From positions 1-56,192 of IMG/VR virus record IMGVR_UViG_3300008113_000177: 56,192 nucleotides of DNA; one strand, 5' to 3'. Every line of letters starts with the position of its first letter. Position 1 is the first letter of the stretch. The notes beneath the pieces were generated by a model that was not told the DNA's origin, did not search any database, and worked only from the letters and a program-made list of their open reading frames with translations. Both the position numbers and the translations under genes were made by a program. Below, piece after piece: positions 26,250 through 36,800 of this stretch. Source of the stretch: a virus. Lineage: Duplodnaviria > Caudoviricetes.

Positions 26250-29200
26250 TGGCAGATACAACACGTATGGTTACTGACTCAGCCCAGCCTTTTATCGTTG
26301 GTGACAAGATATGGCGTGGTGTTGATACCTATAACGACCCAAACAAACTTGAGACTGGCTACGCTGAAACCATAAGTAACCTACAACTTGATGGTGGCTC
26401 CCTTGTGTTACGTAATGGATGGCAGGGACTACTACAGCCTACTGAGTTGAATGGTGCTGGTAGTGACGCTAACGGCGTGTATGAGATGGTTCCTATCAAG
26501 GGTGCATCTGGTGTAACAAGTAACTTTGTATATACATCAGCTGGTGATGTCCGTCTATTCAATACGACTACGAATGCGTATACGAACCTAACAACTAACA
26601 GTGCTTTTGATACGTTGTACAGCCCTAATGTACGTATGGTTTCCTATGGTAAGTACGTCTATGGTGTTCCAGGACTAAAGTCAGATGGTACTGAATCACC
26701 TGTTGGGTTGTTCCGTACTGATGGTTCTACTATCGAGATAGTCCCTACTATCACTGGATTTCCTAACCTCAAGCCGTCTGCTAGAGCATATGCGTTTGTT
26801 GAGTATGGTGTTCCTGCTACTAACAAGCATACGTTTATTGATAGTGCTGTTGGTCCAATCCTTAGAGCGGGTGGAATAACAACCCTTATCTCTGATTGGA
26901 ACTTTACTGCTGGCAGTACAGGTTCTATGCCTACATCAGGTGCAGCTTGGTTGAAGTATTCAGGTGACCCAGTACGTAAGGCTATTCCACTTACTGTTGC
27001 TGCTGGTAACTTTCCATCTGGTGTAACAGCCCAGATTGTTTCCCCTCTAGGTCAAGGGGCAACTCGCATGATTGAGATTGCTGGTACGGATGATGGCATC
27101 TACCAGAACGTCCCTTATACAAGTACTGCAATTACGTTTACGAATGGTAGTGCCAATATAGGTGGTACGTTCAATCCTGTTCCTGCTGTTGATACACCTA
27201 TACAAATTGCAACTGCTGGAGTATTACCAACTAACTTCGCTATCAACACAACATACTTTGTTGTTGGTACACCAACCTCTTCTGTTATTACTGTTTCGAG
27301 TACTGTTGGTGGAACTGCTATTGTTGCTGGTAGTGCTGGTAGTGGTACTCATTCGTTGCAATACATCAACGTCGCTGATGAGCAACTGAACTTTACTAAT
27401 CAGAATGATAGTTCAACAGCAATCACTTGTACGGTTGCGTCAACGGCTACAGTAACTAGCGCAAGCCATAACCTCAAGGTTGGTCAACAGATACTCTTTA
27501 TGGGTACTGTAGGTATCCCTGCTAATACTCCTGCGTGGGTGTTGACTGTACCTACGGCTAATACCTTTACCGTATCGATTGTTTCGCAGGGTGGTGCTGC
27601 ATACACGTTTACTGCTACAGGAAGCAATAGTTACCATACTATTCAAGGTGCAGGTCTATACCTAGTTAGTCTATGGGCTATCAACGTAGACACCCAGAAC
27701 AGTGTTACGGGTCAATCCATCAAAGTGGCATTACAAGCTTACAAGAATGGCGTTGCTATTCAAGGTGCATATGCATCTGCTATCATTGCACCACCTATTG
27801 CTAGGTCAGGTACTGACTGGATTAAGGCTAACCTCTTATGTGACTTCCGTCCATTCAGAGACCAGATTACATCCTTCCAGATATTGATACAGAATGTAAA
27901 CGCAAAAGATGGTGACCAAAAAGGTATCTACGTAACCAACGTAAATCTACACGCTGTAAGTCCTAGATTGAATACGGATAGTACTGATGCTGCGGACCCT
28001 ATCACTGGGTTGGTCAAGGTCAAGGTTTATCAGAACAATACTAATGTTGCTGGGTACGCAGGACTCCTCAAAGGATGTGCTGTCAAGTTCTCTTTTGCAA
28101 CGGCAAAAGACTGGAGTAAGTACGACAGTGTTAGTATGCGTATGCAGTTACCTGAGAAGATTAGGGATATAGCACCTAACCTTAGAATCGGTTTACAGCA
28201 GAGTGGTGCTGCCATCGAGTGGGGTGGTTATGGCACTATCAACGAGAAGACAGGCTATATGACGTGGAGTGTAAGAGGATTTACAGACTCCCGTATTAGT
28301 GCTGTACGTCAGATGTATATCCGTTGTGAGACTGACATTCAAGACCTAGTTGATGGTGAAGACTTTATGTATATTGGTGACATAGTTGTGAATGGCAACT
28401 TGTCTGCTGATATCAAGTACACCTATAGATTTTCAAGGTGGTATCCAGAGGATGGTGCATCTGCACCATATATTCCAGGTGTTGGTACTGCTGCCTCAAC
28501 TGTATATGCTAAAGGGTTTGAGAGTGAACTCTCTGGTGCAAGCGAACAGATAACTGCTACTGAAGCACTTAGTGCTAACCAGATTATGCTGAACCCTGCT
28601 AACGAGACACTTACTGCAGCAGGTTACACACACCTCATTATCTATCGGTCTAGCACTTCATTTACTGATGGGTTGTATCGTTGTCTTGGTTCTTTGAAGC
28701 TAAGTGACAATACTATCAACGGTGTAAACCTCACACTGCTTAGTACTACAGGTGGCATTACACTTATTGATAACGTCGCTGAGTCTGCTGTCTTAGATGA
28801 TGGTCCAAAGGGTTCACAGGGTGATGTATACGAATCTGGTCAGGATTACTTCCCGACTGGTGCTACTGCTATCTCTGTTCACCAGAATAGATTGTGGGTA
28901 AGTAAGAATAACTCTTTATGGGTATCTTGGCAGTTTGATTCAGACAACGAATACACCATTAATACTACTCACGTACCGCTTCTTACTGACCCTAAGGTAG
29001 CAATCAAGGGTGCATCGTTTGATGTCTCATCAAAAGATGACAAAGAGTACATCGTGAATATGTTGTCGTACCACGGCGATATGATGTCACGTAACAACAG
29101 TACAACAGCTGTACTACTCGTCTTTCGAGAGAATACCGTTTATCCGGTTACAGGTTTTGACCCAACTAACTATTCAATACAGGCATTCCTACGTGAGCCT

Positions 29201-30235
29201 GGTATTGGTTTGCTTGCACCTAGAGGTCTTGCAAACATACTTGGTCAACCTTGGTATTTGAACACGAGTGGTGTTGTACAGTTTGCTGGTACTCAGGTTA
29301 TTCCTAAGTCTGTTGCCCTTGATGGCTTGATGTCAATCAGTAAGTATAGGGTTCAGATTGATAGTGACAACTATATAACATCTGAGCAGTATGCAAAGTC
29401 CTTTATGGCTATGCACGATAAGAAGCTGTTCTTGTTTGCTCCAAGGGCATATAAGACTGCTTCCGTTGATTACCGTAGTAACGTGCAAGCATATGTGTGG
29501 GACACACGTTATTCAGGGTGGGTTGCATTTAGTGCGCCATCAGTTATGACCGGCGGCTTATCTATAGATACGACAAATGACAGAAGTATCCTTTATGTTG
29601 GTGGATATGACGGTCAAATATATGTGTTGAATAACTTCTACGACAGCCCATATAGGTATAAGCCCACGAGTGGTTCAGGGACTAGCACTCTGTCATTCTC
29701 AGGTACTACTAATACTACAGGACTAACAGTCAATGACCCTGTGACTATTGTGAAGGCTGGTGGTGGTCTTACTGTTGATACGACTATGTACGTAAAGACG
29801 GTAACAAACAATAGTGTTCAACTTAGTGCTTCTGTTAGTGGTACGGCTTATACGTTCACTGGTGGGACTGTCCCACAGTTCTGTCTACTTGGAGAGATTG
29901 ATTGGGAAGTATTCACTAGAGCTTTTGGTCAGGCTTACTCAGATGGTATTTCATACTACTCAAAGAATCGTCCTAGCCAGATAGACTTACACGCTATTGG
30001 TGATACGTCTGGTGGCTCAACTGTTAGTTGGGTTGTTCAGAATGAGGTTGGTGTACAGACTACTGGTGATTACACTATTACGGGTAATGCATCTAGGGCT
30101 ATACGTGGATTGAACAGAGATGTGATTGGTGTGAACTTCCAGATTGGATTATCTGGTACTGAGCTAGATTATCCATTTAGGTTGTATGCAGTACATATCC
30201 ATATGGTTGAGAGTGGAATCCAGAGGCATAGATAA
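26249..30235 (+). CDS. Tail nozzle/hub protein (1328 aa) with inserted beta domains
   Basis: N-terminal W.GVD...ISNL.LDGG.L..R.G and HQNRLWV beta-propeller-like motif; position before ejection genes. Confidence 0.6.
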   Translation: MADTTRMVTDSAQPFIVGDKIWRGVDTYNDPNKLETGYAETISNLQLDGGSLVLRNGWQGLLQPTELNGAGSDANGVYEMVPIKGASGVTSNFVYTSAGDVRLFNTTTNAYTNLTTNSAFDTLYSPNVRMVSYGKYVYGVPGLKSDGTESPVGLFRTDGSTIEIVPTITGFPNLKPSARAYAFVEYGVPATNKHTFIDSAVGPILRAGGITTLISDWNFTAGSTGSMPTSGAAWLKYSGDPVRKAIPLTVAAGNFPSGVTAQIVSPLGQGATRMIEIAGTDDGIYQNVPYTSTAITFTNGSANIGGTFNPVPAVDTPIQIATAGVLPTNFAINTTYFVVGTPTSSVITVSSTVGGTAIVAGSAGSGTHSLQYINVADEQLNFTNQNDSSTAITCTVASTATVTSASHNLKVGQQILFMGTVGIPANTPAWVLTVPTANTFTVSIVSQGGAAYTFTATGSNSYHTIQGAGLYLVSLWAINVDTQNSVTGQSIKVALQAYKNGVAIQGAYASAIIAPPIARSGTDWIKANLLCDFRPFRDQITSFQILIQNVNAKDGDQKGIYVTNVNLHAVSPRLNTDSTDAADPITGLVKVKVYQNNTNVAGYAGLLKGCAVKFSFATAKDWSKYDSVSMRMQLPEKIRDIAPNLRIGLQQSGAAIEWGGYGTINEKTGYMTWSVRGFTDSRISAVRQMYIRCETDIQDLVDGEDFMYIGDIVVNGNLSADIKYTYRFSRWYPEDGASAPYIPGVGTAASTVYAKGFESELSGASEQITATEALSANQIMLNPANETLTAAGYTHLIIYRSSTSFTDGLYRCLGSLKLSDNTINGVNLTLLSTTGGITLIDNVAESAVLDDGPKGSQGDVYESGQDYFPTGATAISVHQNRLWVSKNNSLWVSWQFDSDNEYTINTTHVPLLTDPKVAIKGASFDVSSKDDKEYIVNMLSYHGDMMSRNNSTTAVLLVFRENTVYPVTGFDPTNYSIQAFLREPGIGLLAPRGLANILGQPWYLNTSGVVQFAGTQVIPKSVALDGLMSISKYRVQIDSDNYITSEQYAKSFMAMHDKKLFLFAPRAYKTASVDYRSNVQAYVWDTRYSGWVAFSAPSVMTGGLSIDTTNDRSILYVGGYDGQIYVLNNFYDSPYRYKPTSGSGTSTLSFSGTTNTTGLTVNDPVTIVKAGGGLTVDTTMYVKTVTNNSVQLSASVSGTAYTFTGGTVPQFCLLGEIDWEVFTRAFGQAYSDGISYYSKNRPSQIDLHAIGDTSGGSTVSWVVQNEVGVQTTGDYTITGNASRAIRGLNRDVIGVNFQIGLSGTELDYPFRLYAVHIHMVESGIQRHR

Positions 30236-30684
30236 TGAGTATTCCTACACCTGCACCAGTAGTCCCACCGGGTGACCAAGGCGTACCTGCTGTACAGATA
30301 CTGCCGGGTTCTAGCGTTGTTGTTATTGAGGGTGACTTCAGTACATACAACGAGAGACCAAAGGCTGTTGCAGCTGAAGTAACGATTACAACGACTACGG
30401 ATGCTACGATTACTTTGGATAACGCACCTTATGTTTTGAGGTGTGATTGTACGAGTAACAATATTGCAGTTACGTTGCCACCTGCTAACTCTTGTATCGG
30501 TCGTATTATCTGGATTGCTAAGGTTGACGTTGGTTCTAATGAAGTTAGTATTGCAGTCCAGACTGGTGACACGTTTTGGAGACCATCTCACTTTACAGTA
30601 TTAAAGAATAGCCATATATGTTGTTCTTTGATTGCTTGTAGTGATGGAACTAGTCCTGGATGGCAGACACTAAGTTTCTCTTAG
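30235..30684 (+). CDS. Tail protein
   Basis: CDCTSNNIAVTLPPA...GRIIWIAKVD...N.V motif common in tail proteins. Confidence 0.6.
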   Translation: MSIPTPAPVVPPGDQGVPAVQILPGSSVVVIEGDFSTYNERPKAVAAEVTITTTTDATITLDNAPYVLRCDCTSNNIAVTLPPANSCIGRIIWIAKVDVGSNEVSIAVQTGDTFWRPSHFTVLKNSHICCSLIACSDGTSPGWQTLSFS

Positions 30685-30694
30685 GTATAGATGT

Positions 30695-30826
30695 ATGTAT
30701 GAAGAGTTTGAAGATGTGGTCAAAGAGTTATCAGTAGATGACCTAATGCACCTTATATGTATAATGCAGGAAGAGATTGAACGAAGGATTCGCACAACCA
30801 AAGAAGCGAATGACGGTACAAATTAA
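30695..30826 (+). CDS. Hypothetical protein (43 aa)
   Basis: Read by hand: MYEEFEDVVKELSVDDLMHLICIMQEEIERRIRTTKEANDGTN*; TAATG overlap. Confidence 0.55.
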   Translation: MYEEFEDVVKELSVDDLMHLICIMQEEIERRIRTTKEANDGTN

Positions 30827-32232
30827 TGGCAAGTAATTCAGCAAATCCATTCGCTTGGTTTGGTCGAATGTCAAAACAAAACCCTAAGTGGGCGCAGGAC
30901 ATCAATAGTATTGGTGGAATGGGCGGTATCGATAATGCCAATACTACTATGGGTTACTTAGATGCTGGTCAAAAAGCACTCAAGGGTGACGTTAAAGGTG
31001 CTTTGACTAGTGGTGCTGATACTTACCTTCGTGCTGCTGTACCTGCATATGGTGCAATCAAAACCTTCAACGACATAACAGGTGGAATCAACTTCAATCG
31101 AATGATGAATCCACGTAAACCTGTTTATGATGAATCTAAACTAGCGTCTCAGGCTATGAACGCCAATATGATTGAGAGTCAGCGTAATCTAGCCTCACAA
31201 CAAATGCGTGATGCTACAGAACAACGTCAACAGATTCGACCTCAATATGAGAAGGTACAAAGTGACCTTCTTGATATGTTGACTCAAGGTGTATCAAGCC
31301 GTCAACTTGCTCCTATCTATGGTGCTGGTGAATCTCGCAATCGTGCTATTGGTGCTGCATCTGAATCTGCTATGGCGCAGAACTTGGCGGCAAGAGGTGT
31401 AGGTGGTGGTATTCAGGCTGGTGTAGAACAAGCTAACCTTGCTGCACAAAGTGGACGTTCCGCTGACCTCAATAACGCTATTGTCCAACAGCAGTTACAA
31501 CAACGTCCTGAGATGTTGAATATGGCTGCTAACCTTCTTGCTAATCGAGATGCTCAGGCGGCTGCTGAACTACAGGCTGGTCAAGGGATGAATCTGCAAG
31601 CGTCTCAAATGGCGTTGAACCAGATGAATCTTGAGCGTCAACAGCGTATGCAAGAAGAGGCTATTGCTAGGGCTAACCGTCAACAGGAGATGGAGAGTAT
31701 TGGCTCTGTTCTTGCGTTGCTAGAACCTGAGTTACAGCGTATGCGTACTCGTGGGAAGAAGACACCCGGTCAGCCTGACTTTATGCCAACAGACACGCCT
31801 TCATCTGAGCAGATTGCTTCAGAGATTATGGCAGACGAAGCCAAGGCAGCGGAGTTTGATAAAGTCTGGTCTGGTCTTGGTAACGCTTTGACGAATACAC
31901 CTACTGGATATAACTTACCTCTTACAGTTGAAGAACAACAGACTAGAGATTTTAGTTTCTCAGCTCCAGAAAATGTTGGTGGTGGAATACAACAGGTTAC
32001 TGATATTGCCACTATGCAAGAAATTGAGAATAGTAAAACCAAGAGAATAACCAAAAATCTTGGTAATGGTCTTGCGTTAGTTGCATACCTTGACCCACGT
32101 ACTGGTCGATATATGAAGATGTATGCACGTACTAACCCTGAGTTAGCCAATAGACCTATAGAACAAACAGGCAGTCCGTCGGAAGTGCCTATGACGCAGC
32201 GAACACTTGGAAGGGCTTTCTACGGAGCATAA
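30826..32232 (+). CDS. Probable internal virion/ejection protein 1
   Basis: Q/A/G-rich helical protein; position. Confidence 0.55.
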   Translation: MASNSANPFAWFGRMSKQNPKWAQDINSIGGMGGIDNANTTMGYLDAGQKALKGDVKGALTSGADTYLRAAVPAYGAIKTFNDITGGINFNRMMNPRKPVYDESKLASQAMNANMIESQRNLASQQMRDATEQRQQIRPQYEKVQSDLLDMLTQGVSSRQLAPIYGAGESRNRAIGAASESAMAQNLAARGVGGGIQAGVEQANLAAQSGRSADLNNAIVQQQLQQRPEMLNMAANLLANRDAQAAAELQAGQGMNLQASQMALNQMNLERQQRMQEEAIARANRQQEMESIGSVLALLEPELQRMRTRGKKTPGQPDFMPTDTPSSEQIASEIMADEAKAAEFDKVWSGLGNALTNTPTGYNLPLTVEEQQTRDFSFSAPENVGGGIQQVTDIATMQEIENSKTKRITKNLGNGLALVAYLDPRTGRYMKMYARTNPELANRPIEQTGSPSEVPMTQRTLGRAFYGA

Positions 32233-32234
32233 TA

Positions 32235-33869
32235 ATGGCTATTAATCTTTCTGGAATACTGCAAGGATTCCAACAGGGCAATCAGTTCGTCCAACAACAG
32301 AAGCAGAATAAACGTGCTGAAGAACAGTTCAAATTAACTGAGCGACGTCAGCGTGGAATGGAACTTGATACTAAGTTCAAGGAAGCACGTCGTGTCGCAG
32401 AACTAGATGCGCTTGATGACGATACCACCCTAAAGCAACTATCTGTACCGGGTATGGATGAAGCAAGCCGTCAAGCTATTCTTGAAGCCCGTAAGCGTAG
32501 ACGTTCTGAGAATGAGGTTTACCTCAAGTCTATGACGGCTGACCCTGAATCAGCACAAGAACTGACTACTAGGTTTGGTGATGTAACCAAGCTGATGAAG
32601 CCATCAACTATTCAACAAGGCTTATTACCTAAGCCAACTATGGATATTGCTGCACTAATCAAGTCGGCTGAAGCGTATCGTAGAGAAGCAGAACTTACTC
32701 CAGATGAAGAGTCTAAGCAGTTCTTGGTTACTCGTGGACGTGATGCTCTTACGGCGATGGGTGCATCCCAAGATATTGTCAACAAGTTCCTCCCTGGCTA
32801 CAAGTCTGTTATCGGTAAAGGTCAAGAAGCGGTATCACCACTTTCGCTTGTGTCTGAACCTGAGGCTTTGAAGGCTAGAGGTATTGGTGCTGGTGGTTCA
32901 TTCGTAGACCCTCAGACTGGTCAGACTGTTCGTATTACCGAGCAGGATGGCAAGATGATGAAGTCTTACGTCACACCTGCTAAGGATGTCGTTGCGAACT
33001 ATCTTCCTGCTGGTGCTGAAGGTGCTAAGGTCAAGAAGATATATGCTGATATTGACCGTACTGATGCTGCCATTAAAGATATTGAATCTAAGATAAAGAT
33101 ACGTCCTCAAGAGATGCAACTAAAAACTGAGAAGGCATTATCTCAGATAAAGAATGCAGAACTACGTACTCAGATTGCCAAGGATAGTCTTGGTGTAAAG
33201 TATGCTGGTTTAGCACTACGTCGTGACCTTGCTATGATGGCACGTGATGATGCTCGTCGCAAACTTGGGATTAGTACATCATTCAAGATGGCAGACCATA
33301 TGCGTAAGATACAGAATACTGCCCAGAACAACCTGTCAAAAGCTGAAGGTTCTTTGCGTTCCGCACAAGAAAAGATGGCTAAGGCAAAGACTGAAGGTCG
33401 TAGTTCAGAAGTCAATCAGTTGAGGAGTATTGTTGGATTCCTTGAGAGTGAAGTTGGGACATTACGTCAAGCTGCTAGTGGTCGTATTGACTACAATATG
33501 TTCCAGAACTCTATGGATAACCTTGGACTTGGTGACGTAGACCTTGATATGTCTATGTTCAGTAATACTGCACCACAACAATATATGTATCAACAAGCTC
33601 CTGCACAACAGCCTATCTATATTCCACAACCATATCCTGTTCAGGGTGGATATCCTATGCAAGGTGGATACCCACCACCACAACCATATCCTCAACCTGC
33701 GCCGGGTCCTGCTCCAGCACCTGCTCCTCAAGGCGGTGGTGTTGGTGGTATGTTCATCAAGGCTGGTGGCAAACTTGTTCCATATGACCCAAGTGGCAGA
33801 GCCGGTATGCGTATGACACAGGGCGGTAAACTAGGGCAAGCCGCTACGGCTCTCTCTCAAATGAAATAA
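32235..33869 (+). CDS. Probable internal virion/ejection protein 2
   Basis: LSGILQGFQQG N-terminus, coiled coils, P/Q/Y-rich tail. Confidence 0.55.
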   Translation: MAINLSGILQGFQQGNQFVQQQKQNKRAEEQFKLTERRQRGMELDTKFKEARRVAELDALDDDTTLKQLSVPGMDEASRQAILEARKRRRSENEVYLKSMTADPESAQELTTRFGDVTKLMKPSTIQQGLLPKPTMDIAALIKSAEAYRREAELTPDEESKQFLVTRGRDALTAMGASQDIVNKFLPGYKSVIGKGQEAVSPLSLVSEPEALKARGIGAGGSFVDPQTGQTVRITEQDGKMMKSYVTPAKDVVANYLPAGAEGAKVKKIYADIDRTDAAIKDIESKIKIRPQEMQLKTEKALSQIKNAELRTQIAKDSLGVKYAGLALRRDLAMMARDDARRKLGISTSFKMADHMRKIQNTAQNNLSKAEGSLRSAQEKMAKAKTEGRSSEVNQLRSIVGFLESEVGTLRQAASGRIDYNMFQNSMDNLGLGDVDLDMSMFSNTAPQQYMYQQAPAQQPIYIPQPYPVQGGYPMQGGYPPPQPYPQPAPGPAPAPAPQGGGVGGMFIKAGGKLVPYDPSGRAGMRMTQGGKLGQAATALSQMK

Positions 33870-33881
33870 AGGCGTTCAATA

Positions 33882-36800
33882 ATGGCTGAAGACCAAAGGC
33901 AAAGATTCCGTCGGCTTGTACAGACTCTTGCTGACGATGACCGTACATTCTTAGACTCTAGCCTTCTTGGCACATACAAGAATAGTCTTTCACTAGGTCT
34001 TCAGAAGAATTGGCTATCTCAATCAGAGTACAACAATTATCTTGGTGTAGGTGACAAGCGTCTAAAGACTTTGCGTGGTGTCCAGTTGATGGATGCTCAA
34101 GGTAATAAACTTACCAAGTCTATAGATGTTCAAGTCCCTACACCTCAAGGGTTTACTACTCAGACTAAGACTACACCTATCACACCACTTGACCTACTAC
34201 GTCGCACTGGTGGGCAGATGGAAGGTGCTGATGTAGATGCGCCTAACTATACTGGCTTTACTCTTGAGTTAGGTGAACCTGCTCAGACGATGTATGACCA
34301 GCGGCAGAAGATGGGTGACATCGCTGCTAAGGGTAAAGCAGCAGCAACTAAACTTGAAAAGGAGAGAGGTCTTACGGCATTCGATAGACCTCAGACTGTA
34401 CCGGCTATGCTTGCTGGTATTCCTTTTGGTGTTCTATCTGGTGTATCTAAGGCAGTTGCCACACCTGTATTGTCTACTGCTGGACGTATTGCATCTGCGT
34501 TTAGCCCTGAGGCAGGTCGTTCTGTAGACCAATTTACTGCTGACACTCTGTATTCAAAGCCTGAACTTAGTCCATCAAATCCATTTCAGTATGGTGCTGA
34601 GTTATCAGAGATTGGTGGTGCTACGTTTACTGAAGGTGCATTACCTACTGTTGTTGGTGGTATTACGGGTACTGCTGCTGCAATTCCTGTTTCATTAGCT
34701 ACTACACCCATTGGAGGTGCTATTGCTGGTTTTGGTACAGGTCTTGCTGCATCCACTGCAACTCAACAGGCTCAGAACTTTCTTGGTGAGCTTGCGATGG
34801 GGTCTTCATATACTCCATCAACGACTGGCTTTGGGTTTGATATTCAGCGTAGCCCACTTAGTCAAGCTCGTGCTGAGTATATGCAAGAGGGTAGAGAACG
34901 CGCCCCTGAGTTAGCTTACGCTGGACAACTTGCTACTAACTTCTTAATGGCAAACCCATCACTCCCTACGGGCTTTGGTGGTGGATTAAAGTCAGGGCTT
35001 GCTGCAACTAAACTAGGTACTGCTGGTAGAGAAGCACTTGCAACAGCGGCTGTTCCTACTCAAGGGCTTGCTGGTAAGTTAGCGTCTACTCCATTCATGC
35101 AAGGTGCTAGGACTGCTGGTCAACAACTAGAACGTATTCCGGGTGTTGGTACTGCCGCTACGTTTGGTCGTGGTTTTGCTTCGTCTGTACCGGGACGTGA
35201 GTTCCTGAGTGATGTTGCCGAGCGTGGTGTAGAAGCCAGTTCCGACCTTGCAATGGCACTTCAAGAGAACAACCAAAAGCCTGAATCAGAGCGTGACCCA
35301 CTATGGATGATTCTAGGTAAGACCGCTCTTGGTGGATTGTTTGAAGGTAAAAGTAAAATTGGTTCATACCTGAATGCACCAGGGCAACGTGCTGGTATGG
35401 CTATTACTCGTGCGCTTGATAAGCGTTTCGATACGTACACCCCTGAAGCCTATCAACCTATTGTTGCTCCGTCACCGTTTGCTCGCACACCAAGTGCTGG
35501 TGTGACACCGGGTGTAACTCCAACACCTACTCCTTCTGCTGGTGGTATTAGTCCTACATTTGCTGAGGCACGTACTGCTACTGCTGCTCCAAGGAATCCA
35601 CTAGGTGAAAACGTAGTGCCTATTGGTGGTGGGCGTGTAGTCAATATCAACCCAGAGAATATGTCTGCGACCATTGGTAATGCACCTGTATTTGAATCAG
35701 ATAGGGCTGGTGCTGATAACCCTATGGTTGGTCAGAGCCTACTGAATGCTGTTAGTTCACTAGCCCCTAAGAAGGGATTCAGTATTGCAGGGACGTATGC
35801 CAAAGCTGCAAGTACGTTTGGTAAAGTCCAGACTCGTGGTGATGAGTCGCAAGCATTCCTTGGTCTTACGCATGACGGTCTTGCAACAGTTAAGACAACT
35901 GATAAGAAGACTGGTGAGTCACGACTTGACTTGGTCAGTACGGATATGTTGTTTGGTGAAAACCAGAAACTAGCGGCTGATGCATTCAGGGCTGGTGGTA
36001 TTACACCAAGTGATAAGACTGGTTACCAACTCAAGAACTACGAGTATGACCTTAGTAGGGCAGCTGATTACATTCCTTCAAAGGATGGTGATGGACCTTC
36101 TGATACTGACTTCAATCGTCGTATCGATGTAGTTGGCACACCTCTTTATGGGCGTGTAGTCAAGGCTATCGATAAGAACTATTCTGTTGTGCAGGTTCCA
36201 TCACCTGTTGGTGGCTTTGATATGTTAGTTGTCCCTAACGATACTGTTGAGGGACTATCACGAGATTCTGTCGCTACAAAGTTTGAGGGTGAAGTACTAG
36301 ATACATCCTCTATGAATGTTGACCCATCTCAGTTTAGGGTTGATAGAAGTAAGTATGACCCTATCTTCAAGTCATCTGATAGAGAGAGATTCACTGGGCA
36401 AGACCATCCAGTCCTTCTTACACCTGAACAAGTTGCAGATGCTAAGACACGCAAAGATAACCTGAATGGTTATCGTAATAAGATGCGTTCTGAGGGTGTT
36501 CCTGGAGGTACAGCGCAGACTAGGTTGGCTGATGCGAGTAAGAACACACGCAAGGAATTTACTAAGTCATTCTCAAAGAGTGATACAGACTATGAAGTAG
36601 GTTCTATTGTTGAGTACAGAACTCCTTCTGGTGAAGTTGATAATGGCGTTGTTGTAGGTAATACGCAGTTTGGTCCAACCGTTGTTAGTGTTAGTAATCC
36701 ATCGGCTCCTGCGTTTACAGTTCAGCAATCCGCTATCACACGTGCTTATGGTGGTGTAACGCAAAAGGCTACACCTGAGAAGGCACGTAGGACAAAACGT

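Noticed and set aside
30764-30826. TGTATAAT promoter and hairpin leader before 30826, sharing CACAACCAAA with sRNA A
   Set aside because: The stretch lies within a well-coupled 43-aa ORF (30695..30826), and a 10-nt match can arise by chance.
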